A DNA stretch of 63,590 bases, the filler included, from Octopus bimaculoides (taxonomy: Eukaryota), in assembly GCF_001194135.2 (NCBI RefSeq). It is 4 parts of 4 records of this genome, joined end to end, with 100 filler letters (N's around TTAATTAATTAA, not from the genome) between each part and the next. Parts side by side here need not be neighbours in the genome. Positions count along the whole stretch, not along the records: positions 62,519 to 63,590 come from NC_069008.1; 3 more parts are not named here. The stretch is one strand, 5' to 3'. Positions 62,896 through 63,590 of this stretch are shown here, one piece after another. Under the pieces are notes generated by a model, which saw only the letters and a program-made list of their open reading frames with translations, searched no databases and was not told where the DNA came from. The number at the start of each line of letters is the position of its first letter. The first letter of the stretch is position 1. Made by a program: the position numbers and the translations under genes.

Positions 62896-63590
62896 TGTAT
62901 ATAAGTGTATGTATATGCACGGGTGTATTTCGGATGTGTTTGTACGTGATATATGTGTTTATGTGGGGAACGTTGTGTTAGTGCACGTGCACTTAATAAC
63001 TAATATGGACTGTTTGCGATAGATACGCTGTATGTGTGTGTGTTTGGGATAGTTTTTGCAGCCGAAACACATTTGTGTACAGTTTCACATAATCACAATA
63101 GTACGTGCATGCATGCATACATACTAACAAAAAATAGACTTGAGTTTGTGTCAGAGTGTATATACGTTTACACACCCAATCATACATACATGTACACTTA
63201 TATATTGCGTTGAATGCTCAAAAGATTATAGACAACGTCTCATTTCCGGTTTATCACATAAACATATCTTCTTCCCTATCTATATATCTATCTACATATA
63301 TACATACATACATACATACATACATGCATACATACTTTTGTGTGTCTGCATCTTATGTCCAGTATGTGTATATGTGCGTAGAAATCTTTGTGTATTATAA
63401 CCATGACAACGGATAAAAAAAATCGAAACACAGATGAGATTTTGCACCAATCAATCTCCGTACAGATTTAATCAAATCATCGAGGCACATATACACGTTT
63501 TACGTATATACATGCATTTATACATACATACATACATAAGCACCACCACTTACACATTTATATATATAAATATGCATGTATATAGTTTAT

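Overview
Repeat-dominated, AT-rich, microsatellite-rich animal genomic DNA. The repeat families resemble a coleoid cephalopod such as Octopus; this is an inference from recalled SINE/LINE sequences. Three 100-bp gaps with a central TTAATTAATTAA linker (31843-31942, 57901-58000, 62419-62518) show that separate scaffolds were concatenated, so adjacency across them may be artificial. The only host gene I can support is on the minus strand of the first segment: five in-phase coiled-coil exons (23341-23165, 20205-19950, 14335-14205, 13246-13049, 2760-2636) resembling the pre-GRIP C-terminal region of golgin-245 (GOLGA4). The GRIP exon and the 5' exons are not in view. Its introns hold a full-length degenerate Gypsy LTR element (both LTRs, AGTA TSD, tRNA-Trp-type PBS), RTE LINEs, Penelope relics, mariner/Tc1 relics and tRNA-derived SINEs. 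The rest of the window is TEs and simple repeats. Most notable: three type I hammerhead ribozyme motifs (one at a Penelope 3' end, one inside a perfect 28-bp inverted-repeat cassette); a Penelope GIY-YIG nuclease split by a near in-frame Asn/Ser-rich insert; a fold-back mariner made of two left ends; head-to-head RTEs; and two copies of one transposon whose CpG decay differs inside versus outside the gene.
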